DNA of 64,000 nt from an uncultured delta proteobacterium (GCA_963792965.1 CAWBYW010000007.1:224001-288000), one strand, 5' to 3'; shown: positions 33,482-43,562, numbered from the stretch's first letter. The notes: generated by a model not told the origin, from the sequence alone. A program made the numbers and translations.

Positions 33482-33668
33482 ATAAACGCCTCCACTTCTT
33501 CCATGAGGTGAAATCCGAGAGAGATCGGCAATTCGCGGTTATCGTTGTTATCGTGTCGACGGGCGGGCATCGCCCGATAGTCACCGCGAATCGATGAATA
33601 AGTTACCGGCATCCAACATGCCGCATAAATTGAAAGCGTACCATAATACCCCAGTAACTTAATATTGA

Positions 33669-33697
33669 ATTATACCCTAAATCAGCTCCAAAGTCAA
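33669..33697 (-). promoter_or_regulatory. Sigma70 promoter of the frhB-like-iorAB operon
   Basis: TTGACT, 17 bp, TATAAT. Confidence 0.7.
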
Positions 33698-33742
33698 ACA
33701 TATGGTTCCGAGAAAACTCCTTCGATGGTACAGGTACCATTC

Positions 33743-34897
33743 TTAAAATGGCGGCGATACGGTGTTGATGGATAGCACGTCCTGCAGGTTGATCTCCGCC
33801 TTCGTCTGCTGCCCGTTGACAACGCGCGTGAAGAGCGTTATGAAGTCCTCCGTCGCTTCTTTCATCTCCGTCCCTTCCAGGAGCCTGCCGGCATTCACAT
33901 CCATGTCGTCGGCCATGTTGCGGAAGAGCTCGCTGTTTGAGGCAACTTTGATGAGCGGCATCACCGGAAACCCAACCGGCGTGCCGCGGCCCGTCGTGAA
34001 TATCATGACCTGGGCGCCGCCGGCGGCCATGCCCGTTATGGAGTAGACGTCAGACCCCGGGGTATCCATGATGACAAAGCCCTTCTTCGTCGGGGCAACG
34101 GCGTAATCGGATATCTCCCGCAGCGGCGTGGTGCCCGCCTTGATGATACATCCGAGAGATTTTTCCATGATGTTGGAGAGCCCCCCCTCGATATTTCCGG
34201 GAGAGATCACCATATGCGCCAGCGGCCCGAGGACATCCTCGGCCTGCTTTCGCTGTTTCTTGATGAGATCGACGATCTGCTTTCCGATCTCGGGACTTTG
34301 AGCCCTCCGCGAAAGGACCTCTTCTGTCCCGATCATCTCGGTGGTCTCCGCCAGCATCGTCGTCCCCCCCTGAGAAACCAGCCAGTCGGAGAGGCTTCCC
34401 ACAAGCGGATTTGCCGTGACACCCGAAAGCGCATCGGACCCCCCGCAATTCGTGGCCAATATAAGCTCTTCCCAGCCACACTCCTGACGCGTGAGGCCCT
34501 CGGTATCCTGAAGGAATTTTCGGGCGATCTCGATACCGGCCTCGGTCGTTTTGCGGGACCCTCCCTTCTGTTGTATCACCAGCGACTCGACCGGCTTTCC
34601 GCTCTGCGCAATGTCGGAGGCAAGCCCACCGGCCGGGAGGAACTCACACCCGAGCCCGACCACAAGGATTGCCGCCACGTTCGGGTTCTTCCCCAATCCC
34701 GTCAGCGTCCGGTAAGAGATGGCAATATCGGCCGGTCCCCTACCGCATCCCTCGGTATGCGTGATAATCTTTATCTCGGGCAGCGCGCGCCCTATGGCGT
34801 TGACGACCCCGTTGGCGCATGAGACGGAGCTCATCACGACGACATGGTTGCGTATTCCCACCTTACCGTCCGGCCTCCTATATCCCATGAAACCCAT
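33743..34897 (-). CDS. UxaA-family dehydratase/lyase, large subunit
   Basis: GYRRPDGKVGIRN, HTEGC, GLGCE, CGGSD, PGNIEGG, FTTGRG. Confidence 0.9.
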   Translation of the reverse strand: MGFMGYRRPDGKVGIRNHVVVMSSVSCANGVVNAIGRALPEIKIITHTEGCGRGPADIAISYRTLTGLGKNPNVAAILVVGLGCEFLPAGGLASDIAQSGKPVESLVIQQKGGSRKTTEAGIEIARKFLQDTEGLTRQECGWEELILATNCGGSDALSGVTANPLVGSLSDWLVSQGGTTMLAETTEMIGTEEVLSRRAQSPEIGKQIVDLIKKQRKQAEDVLGPLAHMVISPGNIEGGLSNIMEKSLGCIIKAGTTPLREISDYAVAPTKKGFVIMDTPGSDVYSITGMAAGGAQVMIFTTGRGTPVGFPVMPLIKVASNSELFRNMADDMDVNAGRLLEGTEMKEATEDFITLFTRVVNGQQTKAEINLQDVLSINTVSPPF

Positions 34898-34898
34898 G

Positions 34899-35165
34899 TC
34901 ACTCCTCCTGGGCCTTCAGGTTATGTGTGTGCACCCACTGACCGACGTGAATGTCTTCCTTCGCGAACCCTATCTTCTCTCCGTACTTGACCACCGGGGA
35001 GCTCTTTGGTATCTCCACGAGGGCCACCTTATGGTTCTTGGGAATATCGTCCCGCGCCTCGATAACGATTTCCTTCCCACGAGGCACCTTTTCCCCTTTT
35101 TTGAGCTCTCTTATGGCCACCCCAACGTTGTCCTCGGGATGAATCACGACGATACTATCCTGCAT
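34899..35165 (-). CDS. UxaA-family small subunit (SAF domain)
   Basis: HPEDNVGVA, HKVAL, KYGEKIG, GQWVHTHN; AAGGAG RBS. Confidence 0.88.
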   Translation of the reverse strand: MQDSIVVIHPEDNVGVAIRELKKGEKVPRGKEIVIEARDDIPKNHKVALVEIPKSSPVVKYGEKIGFAKEDIHVGQWVHTHNLKAQEE

Positions 35166-35415
35166 GGTAGTCTCCTTTCTCAAGTGAGCGTAGTCTTGCG
35201 GATAAAGCGGGTCTTCTTTCGAGAGGCCTCTATGTTTCAGATTAAACAGAAAGCTCCTTCTCGTCAACAGATTTATCACGGTGGACTGCATTTTTGATGC
35301 TGTACCGTCTCAACGTTTCCGCCTGAAGGCGCGAGTCTCCGGCCCCCGTACGCCGGACCGAGGCGATATCCCACCCTCTGCTCGAACCCGGCTCCGGTCG
35401 TTGGCGGGACCGTCT

Positions 35416-35976
35416 TTATCGGGGAGCGCGGAGATGGCCCCGATCGCTCTTCTTTCGGGGCGGCAGGGGGATGAGCATCGATACCTCTTTCCTGTATTGG
35501 ATGAATTCATCTCGAAAGTCGCGGACGAGCCACTTCTCTTCCACATAGACGATATAGAGAAACGCTCCCGGCAGACATAACACGACGTAGAGAAAGAGCC
35601 CCGTCGGCGAGCCCTGAAAGATCGGTATCGCAAGATAGGCCGAGATCACGCCGAAGATCATGGGGTTCCTCGTATAGCGGTAGGGACCTGTGGTGACGAG
35701 CCGCTCCGTCTTTGGACTGATGGTGACAAACTCGCCGTAGTGAAGCGGGCCGCCCCTTCCCCTCAGGGCCAGGAAGATATTGGCCCAGGCGATAAAGAGA
35801 AGACCGATGGAAAGGAGGAAGACGCCGAGGGGAGTCCGAACCGCCGCGCCTCCGATTTCGGGGAGCCCGAGGTACCGGTCGATCGCCACGTTGACATGGA
35901 TGATAAGATAGGGGACGAACACGCCGTGGAAACCGACACCGACGACAAGCCCTAAGATGTGCCTGATAGTTTTCAC
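35416..35976 (-). CDS. Isoprenylcysteine carboxyl methyltransferase / PEMT-like membrane methyltransferase
   Basis: Multi-TM, LVTTGPYRYTRNPM, EEKWLVRDF...Y motifs; GTG start with GGGAGA RBS. Confidence 0.82.
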   Translation of the reverse strand: MKTIRHILGLVVGVGFHGVFVPYLIIHVNVAIDRYLGLPEIGGAAVRTPLGVFLLSIGLLFIAWANIFLALRGRGGPLHYGEFVTISPKTERLVTTGPYRYTRNPMIFGVISAYLAIPIFQGSPTGLFLYVVLCLPGAFLYIVYVEEKWLVRDFRDEFIQYRKEVSMLIPLPPRKKSDRGHLRAPR

Positions 35977-36097
35977 GCGTGCGGTCTCCCGACGGACTCG
36001 ACCAATCTGCAGCGCGAATCTCGCGAAGACGAAGAGGTTTCCGGAGGATCCAGGACAACAACTCCGGCGCCCACCGGCTTCATCGAGCCGGAGCCTC

Positions 36098-37528
36098 TTA
36101 ATCCTGTTTCTTCGCCGCCCCGAGCATCTCCCAGAGAGGTCCCCTGATTCCCTGCATCCTGAACGGCGCGCCGAGCCCGCGATCGTATCGGTCGGGCCGC
36201 ATCGTCCCTGTAAAATCCTGTCCTGCCATGACCATCTGGCCCGGAACAAGCCAGTAGGGGCGGCTCATGGCGCGCTCATGGACAAAAGAGACGACCTCGT
36301 CTGCCACCGACGGGGCGATGTAGAATATCGGGGAAAGGCCGATATTTCGCGCCTCGTCCATTCCCTCTTCCACCGCCAGCCTCTGGAGGCCCGTTCCCGG
36401 AAAGATCCTGATGCCCACCATGGCGTGGTGCGCCGTAGGGGAGAGTTCGTCGACCAGGTCGGCCGTCTCCCGCATTGTTTCGGGGGTCTCTCCCGGGGCG
36501 CCGAAGATGATATTGAGACAGGTCATGATCCCGACCGAGTGGGCGATCCTGACCGCGCTCACGACATCGTCCCGTGTGAAGTTCTTGCCGAGCCGCACAA
36601 GCACTGGGTCGGTCAGGCTGTCGGCACCGAGGTCGACACCGGCCAGCCCGGCCTCGGCGAGATCCTTCAAAAGTCTTTCGGTGATAAAGGCGGGCGAAAA
36701 ATAGGCCGAGAGACGCACTTTAAGGTGCCTCTTGATTATTTCTCGAGCGATCTGTTGCGCGTGCTCGGGCGGGTTGTTGAAGACGCTGTCGACGATAAAG
36801 AAGCTGTCCACTCCCCACTGCTTGAGCGAGAGCTCTATCTCGTCGACTACCGCCCTCGGCTCCCTTACCCTCACCAACCTCCCTTCGACCACGGGATAGG
36901 TGCAATAGATGCACCCGAAGGGACAGCCCCGTTTCGTCTGCACGCTCCCCATCCCGCCCCATTTCAGATATGCGGCGTTGTCGCAGAGGTCACGGGCGGG
37001 GAGCCCGATCGCGTCGATATCGGCGATCGCCTTAGGACGATTTCGAATCACCGTATTACCGTCCTTCATCGCGATCAGGCCCGGGACACCGCCGACGTCT
37101 CTCTTCTCAGAAAGCGCACTGATGAGCGCTACGATTGCCTCCTCACCGTCCCCGACGATGCCCATGGTCTCCGCGAGGGCCGAAAGCATCTGTTCCGGCA
37201 TCATGGTGAAGCCGGATCCGCCGAGCACCACGGGTCCGGTAAACGCCGCCCTGATGGCCCGCATCATATCGATAGTGTCGTCCATATAAGAAACGGAGAG
37301 CGGGTAGGCCACATTGTCGATATTGCGGATCGACACACCTACCACGTCGGGACGAAACGAGCCGATCTTCCGAGCTATTGCGTCGTGTACGCTGTCCGCA
37401 AAGCAGACATCCAGCATATCCACAACGTGCCCGGCTCCCCTCGCAGCCGCGGCCACGTAGGCCGCCCCGAGCGGATAGACCGGGTCCGGCGTCACCTCCC
37501 TGTTCGCAGAAACGATGAGTACCCTCAT
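36098..37528 (-). CDS. Cobalamin-binding radical SAM protein, lipid-biosynthesis (TIGR04072-like) type
   Basis: ANREVTPDPVYPLG, SIRNIDN, GGSGF, QTKRGCPFGCIYCTYP. Confidence 0.82.
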   Translation of the reverse strand: MRVLIVSANREVTPDPVYPLGAAYVAAAARGAGHVVDMLDVCFADSVHDAIARKIGSFRPDVVGVSIRNIDNVAYPLSVSYMDDTIDMMRAIRAAFTGPVVLGGSGFTMMPEQMLSALAETMGIVGDGEEAIVALISALSEKRDVGGVPGLIAMKDGNTVIRNRPKAIADIDAIGLPARDLCDNAAYLKWGGMGSVQTKRGCPFGCIYCTYPVVEGRLVRVREPRAVVDEIELSLKQWGVDSFFIVDSVFNNPPEHAQQIAREIIKRHLKVRLSAYFSPAFITERLLKDLAEAGLAGVDLGADSLTDPVLVRLGKNFTRDDVVSAVRIAHSVGIMTCLNIIFGAPGETPETMRETADLVDELSPTAHHAMVGIRIFPGTGLQRLAVEEGMDEARNIGLSPIFYIAPSVADEVVSFVHERAMSRPYWLVPGQMVMAGQDFTGTMRPDRYDRGLGAPFRMQGIRGPLWEMLGAAKKQD

Positions 37529-37570
37529 ATATCTCCCTTAATTTTCACTGCACGGAGCCGCACGATCCCG

Positions 37571-39115
37571 TCATCCGTCTTTTCCCACGACGAGACAGGT
37601 ACCTTTGTTCGTCTTCTCTATACGATACCCCTTCTTCCGCATGTAAACGTCAAACGTGACGTAGTTTGTCTGGTGCTTCAGTTGCGTGTCCGTCAGCGTC
37701 CGGTAAATGAGCTTCATGAGTGAGCGGTAGTTCCGTCTTATAAAGGGGTTCTTCGAAAAGAACATCTTATAGACAACCCTGGGCCTCAGGTGATATCTCC
37801 CCTGTATCTTTTCGGCCGTTTGCAACATCTTTTCGTGGGGTACCGCGTCCGTCTCGATGACGGGGGTGAACATGTCCCAGTGGTCCCAGTCATAATCTTT
37901 GATCAAACCGTTGTTCAGGTAGTATTCATAGTAGGGCGTCCCCGGGACCGGGGTGAACATCTGCAGGGCGAAGATGTCGGCGTAATCCTTCACGAGATAG
38001 TAGGTCTCGAGGAGGGTCTTTTCGGTGTCGTCCTTGTGACCCCACATGATATTGGTGAGAAGTACCAGCTCGTGCTCCTTTGCCGCCCTCATGGCTCGTT
38101 TGACCATCTCTACACTCTGGTTCTTGTCAAAATCATCCAGGACGTGCTGGTTGGCGGTTTCCACACCGAAGGAAATCTGGTAGAGGCCCAGTTTTTTGAG
38201 CTTCGGGATCAGTGCGACGTCGCGGATGAGCTGCTCGGCACGGGTCTGAAACCAGAAGGTGATCCCCGTAAGGTTTCGCGCGGACAGCTCGTCGATGAAT
38301 TCGAGGACCCGATCGCGGCTCCAGTTGAAGGAGTTGTCCACGAAGTAGAAATTGGTCCGATGGAACTCCTTGTTGAGAAGCTCCATCTCGTCCACCATAT
38401 TCTTTGCACCTCTCGCCCGCCAGACATGGTGCCAGAACGAAGTCTCGGAGCAGAATCGGCACTTCCCGAAGCACCCACGCGCGGTGGACAGAAAAACCGA
38501 CTCATAGGGAACCATCCCGAGCGTCGGGAAGTAATAGGGCATCACGTGGCTTTTATGGTCGGTCGACGCAAGGAGCGGCAAGAGGTGATAGGCGGGCATC
38601 GGCAGTGTATTGATGTCGGCGATGAGCCCGCGGTCCGGCGTCTGGATGAACTTTCCCTTATCGAGGTAGGCAAGGCCCTTGATCTTCGTGAAGTCCTTCT
38701 CTCCTTTTTCGAGGGCGCGCGCAAGCTCCGCAAACGGCAGCTCGCCCTCACCGCGCACGATGAAGTCGATGGCGCCGTTTGAGCGCAGGCTTTCCTCGGG
38801 CAGCGCCGTCATGTGCGCCCCTCCCCCCACGACGACGACTTTCGGATCGATTAGTTTTGCGAGAGAGGCTACGTGAAAGGCGTTATTGACGGTATTGGTG
38901 GAGTTGTTTGATATCCCCACGATATCGGGGCGACCGCGCGTCAGGATGTCCTCGAGGTCCTGCCAGCAGTTGTCGAATGTGGTCGCGTCGAGGATCTCTA
39001 CCCGGTGCCCTTCCTGTTCCATATAGGCCGCGAGCGCCACCACTCCGGGCGAAGGCACATGTCCCATGAAATATTTGAATACTTGCTGCGGTGGATCGAC
39101 TATAAAGATCTTCAT
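37571..39115 (-). CDS. Cobalamin-binding radical SAM protein (BchE-like architecture)
   Basis: B12-binding domain (VVGGGAH, RGEGE), ARGCFGKCRFC, FTPVPGTP. Confidence 0.85.
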   Translation of the reverse strand: MKIFIVDPPQQVFKYFMGHVPSPGVVALAAYMEQEGHRVEILDATTFDNCWQDLEDILTRGRPDIVGISNNSTNTVNNAFHVASLAKLIDPKVVVVGGGAHMTALPEESLRSNGAIDFIVRGEGELPFAELARALEKGEKDFTKIKGLAYLDKGKFIQTPDRGLIADINTLPMPAYHLLPLLASTDHKSHVMPYYFPTLGMVPYESVFLSTARGCFGKCRFCSETSFWHHVWRARGAKNMVDEMELLNKEFHRTNFYFVDNSFNWSRDRVLEFIDELSARNLTGITFWFQTRAEQLIRDVALIPKLKKLGLYQISFGVETANQHVLDDFDKNQSVEMVKRAMRAAKEHELVLLTNIMWGHKDDTEKTLLETYYLVKDYADIFALQMFTPVPGTPYYEYYLNNGLIKDYDWDHWDMFTPVIETDAVPHEKMLQTAEKIQGRYHLRPRVVYKMFFSKNPFIRRNYRSLMKLIYRTLTDTQLKHQTNYVTFDVYMRKKGYRIEKTNKGTCLVVGKDG

Positions 39116-39161
39116 GGACGCCTCACGGTCGGTCGGCCGCCTCTTCTGATTCGGCCGTCGT

Positions 39162-40277
39162 TCAAATGGATTTTTGATAGACCCTGAACTTCTTCACCAG
39201 TTTCAGTCTCAGGTTGACGATCGCCCGGTTCATCTTGTGATTATCCTCCCTGACCCAGCTCGCCTCAAGCCGTGCATTTTTGCCAGACAGGACGTGAAAG
39301 ATATGATAATAGAGCAGCGTGTCCAGCGCCTTGTTCTGGTACTCGGGGATAAGCCCCATCCCCAACAGGCGATACTGACGGAGTTTCTTGACGCCGTACT
39401 TGATCTTAAAGACGCCCAGCGGAAAGAGCGAGCCGTTGAGCTCCTTAATGATCACGTTAATGTCAGGAAGCGCTATCGCATACCCGATCGAGGTTGTCCC
39501 CTTTTCCATGATGAAGACACAGTCAGGGTCGATAATATCTTTGAAGTCATTCACGATGCCGTCCACCTCGGGGGCCTCGACGGGAATGTAGTTCCAGTCT
39601 CCCTCGTTGGCGTCGTTGGCCACCCCGAGGATCGCCGTCACGTCACGTCGGATATTTTTCAGGTCGATCCCCCTCACGCGCACGTTGTAGCGCCGCACAA
39701 GGCGATCGTAATGCCTTGTAAAGCGCTCCGGAAAGTTATATTTTTCCAGCACGTCGCCGTAGTAGCCGTTCATGTCCATGTTCTTGGAAAACTCCGCGTC
39801 TTTGGCCAGGTCGTCGTAGTAGGGGAAGTTATAGGGAGAAAGGACCGTATGGGGCTGATCGAAGCCCGCCACAAGAAAGCCGACGCTCTGGGAGGTGAAA
39901 TTGAGGGGGCCGCGCATCTTTTCCATACCGCGGGCTTTCAGCCACTCGGCCGCCTTCTCAAAGAGCGCCCGTGAGACTTCCTTGTCGTTTATCGAGTCAA
40001 ACGAGCCGAAAAAGCCGAGCGGCTCGTTCCAGTAGCTGATGTAGCCGTGGCTGACGAATGCGGCGATCCTCCCCTTGACCACATCGCCCCTTCTGGCCAC
40101 GAAAAGGGCCGCGTCGCACGTCTTGAAAAAGCCGTTCTTCTTGAAATTGAACTCTCTCTTCGTCACAAATCTGAGCGGCGGCACCCACACGGGGTGGTTC
40201 TTATAGAGGTCGTAGGGGACCTGGATGAAATCCTTGAGATCACGCCGGCCGGTGACTTCTCTGACGTCGACACCCAT
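39162..40277 (-). CDS. GNAT-fold acyltransferase, YghO / bacterial ceramide synthase (bCerS)-like
   Basis: FIQVPYDLY..PVWVPPL, GRIAAF, GFFGSFD, WLKARGM..MRGP, GFD, YN.PYY, PDIN...NGSLFPLG, ASWVREDN..MN. Confidence 0.75.
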   Translation of the reverse strand: MGVDVREVTGRRDLKDFIQVPYDLYKNHPVWVPPLRFVTKREFNFKKNGFFKTCDAALFVARRGDVVKGRIAAFVSHGYISYWNEPLGFFGSFDSINDKEVSRALFEKAAEWLKARGMEKMRGPLNFTSQSVGFLVAGFDQPHTVLSPYNFPYYDDLAKDAEFSKNMDMNGYYGDVLEKYNFPERFTRHYDRLVRRYNVRVRGIDLKNIRRDVTAILGVANDANEGDWNYIPVEAPEVDGIVNDFKDIIDPDCVFIMEKGTTSIGYAIALPDINVIIKELNGSLFPLGVFKIKYGVKKLRQYRLLGMGLIPEYQNKALDTLLYYHIFHVLSGKNARLEASWVREDNHKMNRAIVNLRLKLVKKFRVYQKSI

Positions 40278-40417
40278 CGGGACTATTTACCTTTCGATGA
40301 CTGATAGTATGAAGGGTATATATATCACCGAAAGGCGAGATAAATCAAGGAGTTTTCAAAGGATTTCTACGGGACGGCGATTGGAGCGACATGAGGGGTA
40401 ACTCGTACGTTGACCGG

Positions 40418-41230
40418 TTATATCTGACCAAAGAGCCGTCTTACTTTTCGGGTATCCATCTGGAACCGCACTTTCGGATTCTTCTCTCTGAGCATCTCGA
40501 GAAGCTTTCGCGAATCATCGCCGGACAGATCGTAAAAATTCGCAAAGTAGACTTTCTTACTCCCTTCTTTATTCGATAGCACAAGGCAGGCCCGTGCCCG
40601 TGCGTTCGCTCCAAAACCACCGGCTCGCCCTTCCGTCCGGAGGTATTTCGCGATATCAACCGATGTTATCAGATAAGCCGTAAATAGGTCCCCGGCACCC
40701 CCTGGATCCCCTTGAGACAAGACCCGTCCGTTCCCTGAGACGGCACCCTGCGCTGTGAGAAAGGCGTCCAGGGACTCCTCGCGAGATATGCCATACTTTT
40801 TCGTCAGGTTATGTTCAGTAAGGTCGTGTTCGCTTCTTGGAATTTTAAACGGCTGGAGGTGTCTCAGAAATTTTATAATGAAGTCGATTTCTCTCTCCAG
40901 GTAGTAAACAAAGGCAATCTCACCAAAGAAGATCTCCTGATGTGTCCCTGCCCTGATTACGTTATCGCCCGCGTATGAGGTGATGAGGAGACGATCGTTA
41001 AATATCCGGACTTCTACGGAAAAATGAAACACCGTGTGAAAAAAAATAGGCATACCCGGAAGCACGCCCATGACGACGATCGCAAGAAAAGAGACCACCT
41101 GGTTTCTCATGATAATGCCCACGAGAAGAGCGGCGATTTCAAGGACGAAAATAACGTAAAAGAGGGATCTGTCATCCAGCAGGATTGCAGGTCTCAGTAT
41201 CACCGCAGTATTCTCGGAACAATCACGCAT
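40418..41230 (-). CDS. Hypothetical membrane protein
   Basis: 270-aa ORF with two N-terminal TM helices; no family recognised. Confidence 0.6.
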   Translation of the reverse strand: MRDCSENTAVILRPAILLDDRSLFYVIFVLEIAALLVGIIMRNQVVSFLAIVVMGVLPGMPIFFHTVFHFSVEVRIFNDRLLITSYAGDNVIRAGTHQEIFFGEIAFVYYLEREIDFIIKFLRHLQPFKIPRSEHDLTEHNLTKKYGISREESLDAFLTAQGAVSGNGRVLSQGDPGGAGDLFTAYLITSVDIAKYLRTEGRAGGFGANARARACLVLSNKEGSKKVYFANFYDLSGDDSRKLLEMLREKNPKVRFQMDTRKVRRLFGQI

Positions 41231-41653
41231 GGCTACGTTAGTCGAAGAGGGAGACGCATCCCTTCAGGAAGCGGTTTGGGATTGAATACCTCGGAAAGAT
41301 TACCATAAAGACGGGTCTCGTGCAAGACATGACGCGCTCCAAAAGAGCAAGGAAGATCCAGTCTCTCCCGCTCCAACGGCAATCAAGGCAGTACAGTATT
41401 CCCTTGACTTCCTTTTTTGTCTCGAATATTGTTAACACCTTCTAATAATTAGTGTCTCTTTTTCCGGAGGGTGCAAACGTCCAGGCGATTGATCGGACAA
41501 CCATAACAGCCGTCCGAACCATTTGCACGTCTATACGGAGGCAAAATGAAGACCGACGATCATGTGCGGCGCGATGGTATATATTTTCCCCCGGGTAGGA
41601 GACATAGATCTACCGCCCGAGGTAACCTTAATTTTAAATACCAGGAGGCAATT

Positions 41654-43390
41654 ATGAGAAAGGTCTGGATTTTGGCAATAGTCGCTCTGGCCCTGGTTGC
41701 GACCAACATCCCTTCATTTTCCGCGGAGACTACCTTCTCGGGCAGCTATCGAATACGCTCGGTGATCGATTACAACTGGGAAAAGCAAAACATGGCAAAT
41801 CACCCCGAAGGCAGAGATCTCTATACGGGCTACTTCGACCAGAGATTCAGGCTCACCATTACGCATAAGCGGAGCGAGTACCTCAAGGCCGTTGTAACCA
41901 TCGACCTAGCCGAGGATATCTGGGGCCAGCAGAGAGGGATGCGCTTCAACGATAGCGACGGCACCACCGATGGATTTGTCAACTCGGCCTACATCGAGGC
42001 GCTCACCCCCATCGGCCTTTTCCAGCTCGGAACAAACGGCGAAAACCGGTTCGGCTACGGCCTGTGGTCCGACTCGGGGGTCAGGGGCAACGGAACCAAC
42101 AACGCGACCATTACCTACGCCGTCAAGGTCGGCAACTTCATCGCCACCGCGAGCTATGTAAAATATATCGACTGGGTGCAGTCAGTCTTTACGATACCCA
42201 TATTCCCCGGTACTCATCTTTCCGATCTTACGGGCGGCCCCACGTCCACCTACTACAACGATGATATCGACACGTACATAGTGACCGCTCACTATATCAC
42301 CGATAAATGGAAGGTCGGCGGCCTCTTCCAGTGGATCCTCGACCCCAAAATCCTCGGCGCGGTGGTTATGGCGCGAGGCGTCGCCGATATCGGTGGTTTC
42401 CCCGGGTCCTTCAGGGGGGAGGAACAGTGGATGTCCCCGTTGGGAGTGCCGTCGATTGCTTTAAACGGCGGCCTTTACTGGCCGACCCCTGCCGGCCCGA
42501 ACGCGGTCGGTTTCGGGCGCGCCGGCATGTACGGTGCCAACCTCCTCGCATGGGACATCTACGGCGACGTAAAACTCCTCAATGACAGGTTGGAGATCAA
42601 GGGTGAGTTCCTCCGGGTCTGGGGGAAGAGCAATCGTAACGCACTCGGAGACGCGTACAACAACTATCTGGCAACACGGGTAGTTCTCCCACCGCTTTCC
42701 GTCTACCGGATTCCCGAGACGATCGTCGTCGACGGCATGACCGCCTACCTGGACGTCTCATATGACTTTGATGCCTGGAAGGTCGGCGTCGCCGCCCTCT
42801 ACGGTTCGGGAGAGAACCACTGGCGGGCTTTTACGCAGTCGCATTACAACCTAAACACTACCGGTAATTTTGACTTTCACTGGAGTAACATCATCGTACC
42901 GGGCGATTGGATGTACCTTGGCTCCACGGGATCCGGCAATTTCTATAGTTTCCCTCTTGGTCTCGGCGACAACCCCGAGAACATCACCTCGGTGAAGCTT
43001 TACTGGTCGGCAACCCCGACGGAAAAGCTCGAGATTCGCGGCGCGTTCGTATGGGCCAAGTATACAAACCCCGTCGGCCGGTACGCACGGGATGCGGCAG
43101 GCAACCTGGTCCCCAACTGGAACGCCTTCTACGGCCATCCGATGAATTACATACAACAGTCCAGTTTAATACCCGGCAACACCTATATCCCGGCGGGTGT
43201 GAGCGATCAGCTCGGCTGGGAGATCGATCTCGGGGCGACCTACAAGATCATGGAAGGACTGACCTTGGATTCGGACTTCGGCGTCCTGTTTACCGGGGCT
43301 GCCTTCGATTATCGCAATCCCGCCACCTTAGAGCGGGAGAGCTGGGGGCCGATCTATCGCTGGATCAATACGCTTACCTATGAGTTCTAA
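41654..43390 (+). CDS. Outer-membrane beta-barrel protein (deltaproteobacterial porin-like)
   Basis: Signal peptide, FSGSYRIR, FDQRFRL, LGWEIDLGATY, C-terminal LTYEF BAM motif; AGGAGG RBS. Confidence 0.8.
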   Translation: MRKVWILAIVALALVATNIPSFSAETTFSGSYRIRSVIDYNWEKQNMANHPEGRDLYTGYFDQRFRLTITHKRSEYLKAVVTIDLAEDIWGQQRGMRFNDSDGTTDGFVNSAYIEALTPIGLFQLGTNGENRFGYGLWSDSGVRGNGTNNATITYAVKVGNFIATASYVKYIDWVQSVFTIPIFPGTHLSDLTGGPTSTYYNDDIDTYIVTAHYITDKWKVGGLFQWILDPKILGAVVMARGVADIGGFPGSFRGEEQWMSPLGVPSIALNGGLYWPTPAGPNAVGFGRAGMYGANLLAWDIYGDVKLLNDRLEIKGEFLRVWGKSNRNALGDAYNNYLATRVVLPPLSVYRIPETIVVDGMTAYLDVSYDFDAWKVGVAALYGSGENHWRAFTQSHYNLNTTGNFDFHWSNIIVPGDWMYLGSTGSGNFYSFPLGLGDNPENITSVKLYWSATPTEKLEIRGAFVWAKYTNPVGRYARDAAGNLVPNWNAFYGHPMNYIQQSSLIPGNTYIPAGVSDQLGWEIDLGATYKIMEGLTLDSDFGVLFTGAAFDYRNPATLERESWGPIYRWINTLTYEF

Positions 43391-43423
43391 ACAGCGCGTT
43401 TCTCAGACGATACGCCGATGACG

Positions 43424-43447
43424 AGGGGGGCTGAAAGCCCCCCTTTT
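43424..43447 (+). terminator. Rho-independent terminator
   Basis: AGGGGGGCT-GAA-AGCCCCCCT followed by TTT. Confidence 0.75.
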
Positions 43448-43562
43448 CCTTAGGCGATTAGTGAGAACAGAGGAGAACAGGAATGCTAAGAAGATTCAGT
43501 AGCAAACCTGGTAACAGACGAAATAAAAGGGATTACGGAAGACCGTAACCCCTTAATAGTGC

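Noticed and set aside
37571-39115. bchE / photosynthesis gene
   Set aside because: Only the B12-radical SAM architecture is shared; no bch genes are present.
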